A DNA stretch of 64,000 nt from Mobula hypostoma (Eukaryota). Numbering within the stretch: position 1 is the stretch's first letter; each line of letters starts with the position of its first letter. Both the position numbers and the translations under genes were made by a program. Positions 61,661 through 64,000 of this stretch are shown one piece after another. The stretch covers positions 227,790,001 through 227,854,000 of the forward strand of contig NC_086097.1 in NCBI RefSeq assembly GCF_963921235.1. The letters run 5' to 3'. The notes beneath the pieces were generated by a model. That model had not been told where the DNA came from, made no database searches, and worked only from the letters and a program-made list of their open reading frames with translations.

Positions 61661-62861
61661 ACTTTACAGCACAAGCGACTTGGGTTCAATTCCCGCCACT
61701 GCCTGTATTGTGTTCTCCCCATGACCACTTAGGTTTCCATTGGGTGCTCCAATTTCCTTCCACAGTCCAAGATATACCAATTAGAAGATTAATTGAGCAT
61801 TGCAAATTGTTCTGCAATTAGGCTAGGCTTAAATGGAGGAATTGCCTGACAGCACAGCTCAAAGGGCAAAGAGCCGGAAAGACCTATTCTGTACTCTGTC
61901 TCAAAAAATAAATAAATTCTGCTGCAGGTAAACCCTAAAAATATGCAAATTCTCAGTTCATTTTAGATTTGTTGCCCCCAAGATGCCATAGATATATAGA
62001 TGGTCTTTGAACTCTGTGCCAGGTCTTTCAAAGAAAGCTTCCCAAAATTGATTGTTCTTATCTTAATGTCTATTCTACAGAGGCCTACCATGATACACCA
62101 ATCACAGTTTGCATATTTACTACACCTCCAAAACAACTTGCTAGGTTGAATTTTGGCACTGTCTTTCAATCCCACATATGTTTTACAAGCAAGCAGAGCT
62201 CAAGAAACCATCCCATTACCGCACAATGGTTTGCATCACAATGATTTACACTGTAATGGTGTTAATCTTATTGTTCCCACAATTACATGATGAGAGTTGA
62301 TAGTTTACATAAAAGTAAGCTAGTACATATTTAGTCTGCATAGCTCATGACACCAGAGGTTGCCTAATGTCATTCTCTGATTCATTTATACACAGATATT
62401 TGAGTTCCACATGGATAATCTGTTGCTGCTCTGAGCGATTTCCTTTATTGTTGTCATCAGCCATTTTTCAATTTTTTTTGAATAGAAAAACTACGGCAGA
62501 CTATTTATATAGAAGTACTGATGCGTAGCTCTTTCTTCAAGTGTAGTTTTGTCTGTGAAGTGTGTCAGACCAGGTTAGCATATTATGAGCAGAACACACT
62601 TCGTATTTACTTTTCTGGTGATCACTCAACAATTAGTTTCTACGCTTGAAACATCGGCTGTGTTGGATCCGTGCAATTTTGAAAACTGGAGGTTCTTCGA
62701 AGGTCAAGAATTGAGGCATTAAACTTGTTGCTTATGGCTGTTTATTGAATGTCACAAAAGCAAAGAACAGACAAAGGAAAACCAAGAAGAACAAAGAATT
62801 CATCGTCATCTTGTACAAAAGCTGGCTCAAGCTGGAAAGATAACAATGCATGTCAGGATAA

Positions 62862-63496
62862 TGAAACACTCTGGTTTCCTCAGTTGCATAAGTCTAAGGA
62901 AGACAATCTCCAGCCCCGCCAGACGTGTGAGATTGAGACGTCAGCTCCCTCCCCCAAACCCCCGTTTGTACAGATGCTGTGTAATTCGCTACCCTCTTAC
63001 AAATTAATGCCATGAAATAACAGACTGCATACAATTAAAGGAATTATATTTATGAATCTTAACTAAAGGGTTAATAAAGAATAACATAAAGAAAGGGGCC
63101 GATTGCAATTAAATAGTCAAATGTGCACAAGTTGGAGCTCATCTTGAACTTCTGTCACTCATGCACTAGGCTCTCAGTCAACATGAAAGCCCACACCACC
63201 TTCTGAACGTCAGTCACAGTCCATCTCGAACAAACGGGTCTCTCACTGGATCGTATGCTATGACCAGTTCTCCCCAGTGCCTTCTCTCTTCATCTCCTCT
63301 TGTACAAAAGCCCAAGACCACACCTTATTGTCCCTCACCAAGAAAAACCTCTCACTGATTGGATGGCACACATTCCACATCATCCCCTATCTTCAACAAT
63401 AACCCAAACAGGCTGAAAGCAGAACAGTAGCTCTTACAGAGCTGCTAAATGAAAAACCTACAACATAGAAGTAAAGATGTGAACCAGGGCACTACA
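62862..63496 (-). mobile_element. Solo LTR (~635 bp), same family as 51584-52223
   Basis: Reverse complement starts tgtagtgccctggttcaca and shares gagctccaacttgtgca(c/t)atttgact and ttaagattcataaat; flanks ataa/atta. Confidence 0.78.
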
Positions 63497-63627
63497 ATTA
63501 CAAATAAACTATGAAATAGTTGGATTCAAGTGGCATGACATTTGCTGCAGATAAACTAAGAAGCTTCCAGAAAAATACAGAAGCAGCTATACTACAACTA
63601 TAGAAAGTTCACTGAACAACTGCAGTA

Positions 63628-64000
63628 CAATCAGTGCCCACGCCTGCTTATTAATGCAAATGTCAAATCAGCCAATCAAATGGCAGCAACTCAATGCATA
63701 AAAGCATGCCAACACGATCAAGAGGTTCAGTTGTTTTTCAGACCAAGCATCCGACTAGGGAAGAAATATGATCCAAGTGACTTTGACTGTGGGATGATTC
63801 GTGGTGCCCAATGGGGTGATTTGAGTATTTCAGAAACTGCTGATCTCCTGGGATTTTCACATGCAACAGTTTCTAGAGTTTACAGAGAATAGTGCAAAAA
63901 TGTTAAAAAAAAACATCCAGTGAGTGGCAGTTCTGTGGGCAAAAACACCTCGTTAATGAGGGAAGTCAGAGAGAATGGCAGACTGGTTTAAGCTGACAGG
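63628..64000 (+). mobile_element. Non-autonomous Tc1 element (runs off the window)
   Basis: TA+caatcagtgccca; GKKYDPSDFDCGMIRGAQWGDLSISETADLLGFSHATVSRVYRE. Confidence 0.8.

Larger units (their letters stand above)
60640..61915 (+). mobile_element. V-SINE split by an inverted Penelope insertion
   Basis: A-box part at 60640-60682; B-box tgggttcaattccc and V domain from 61674. Confidence 0.7.

Overview
Vertebrate, non-coding, very repeat-rich genomic DNA (intronic or intergenic). The repeat families (HE1-like V-SINEs, Deu-domain SINE, CR1, Rex1/Babar, Penelope) suggest a cartilaginous fish, probably a ray; this is inference only. No intact host gene or convincing coding exon was found. Every recognisable ORF is a decayed transposon fragment: CR1 (including one near full-length copy with an SGNH-esterase ORF1), Rex1/Babar, Penelope-like RT and GIY-YIG, RTE derivatives, an R2/Hero-type fragment, Tc1, Tigger/pogo, Harbinger, hAT ends, two solo LTRs and several SINE families, often nested with visible target-site duplications (TSDs). 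The most interesting signal is a minimal hammerhead-ribozyme motif (CTGAYGA-stem-GAAA-cgtc) in the Penelope terminal repeat. It also occurs in ~130-150 bp TSD-flanked mini-insertions and in inverted arrangements. Repeat-free islands (notably 30.1-32.0 kb) look like candidate conserved regulatory DNA. Boundaries were read by eye and are approximate (about +/-20 bp unless a TSD is quoted); family names come from motif recognition, not database searches.
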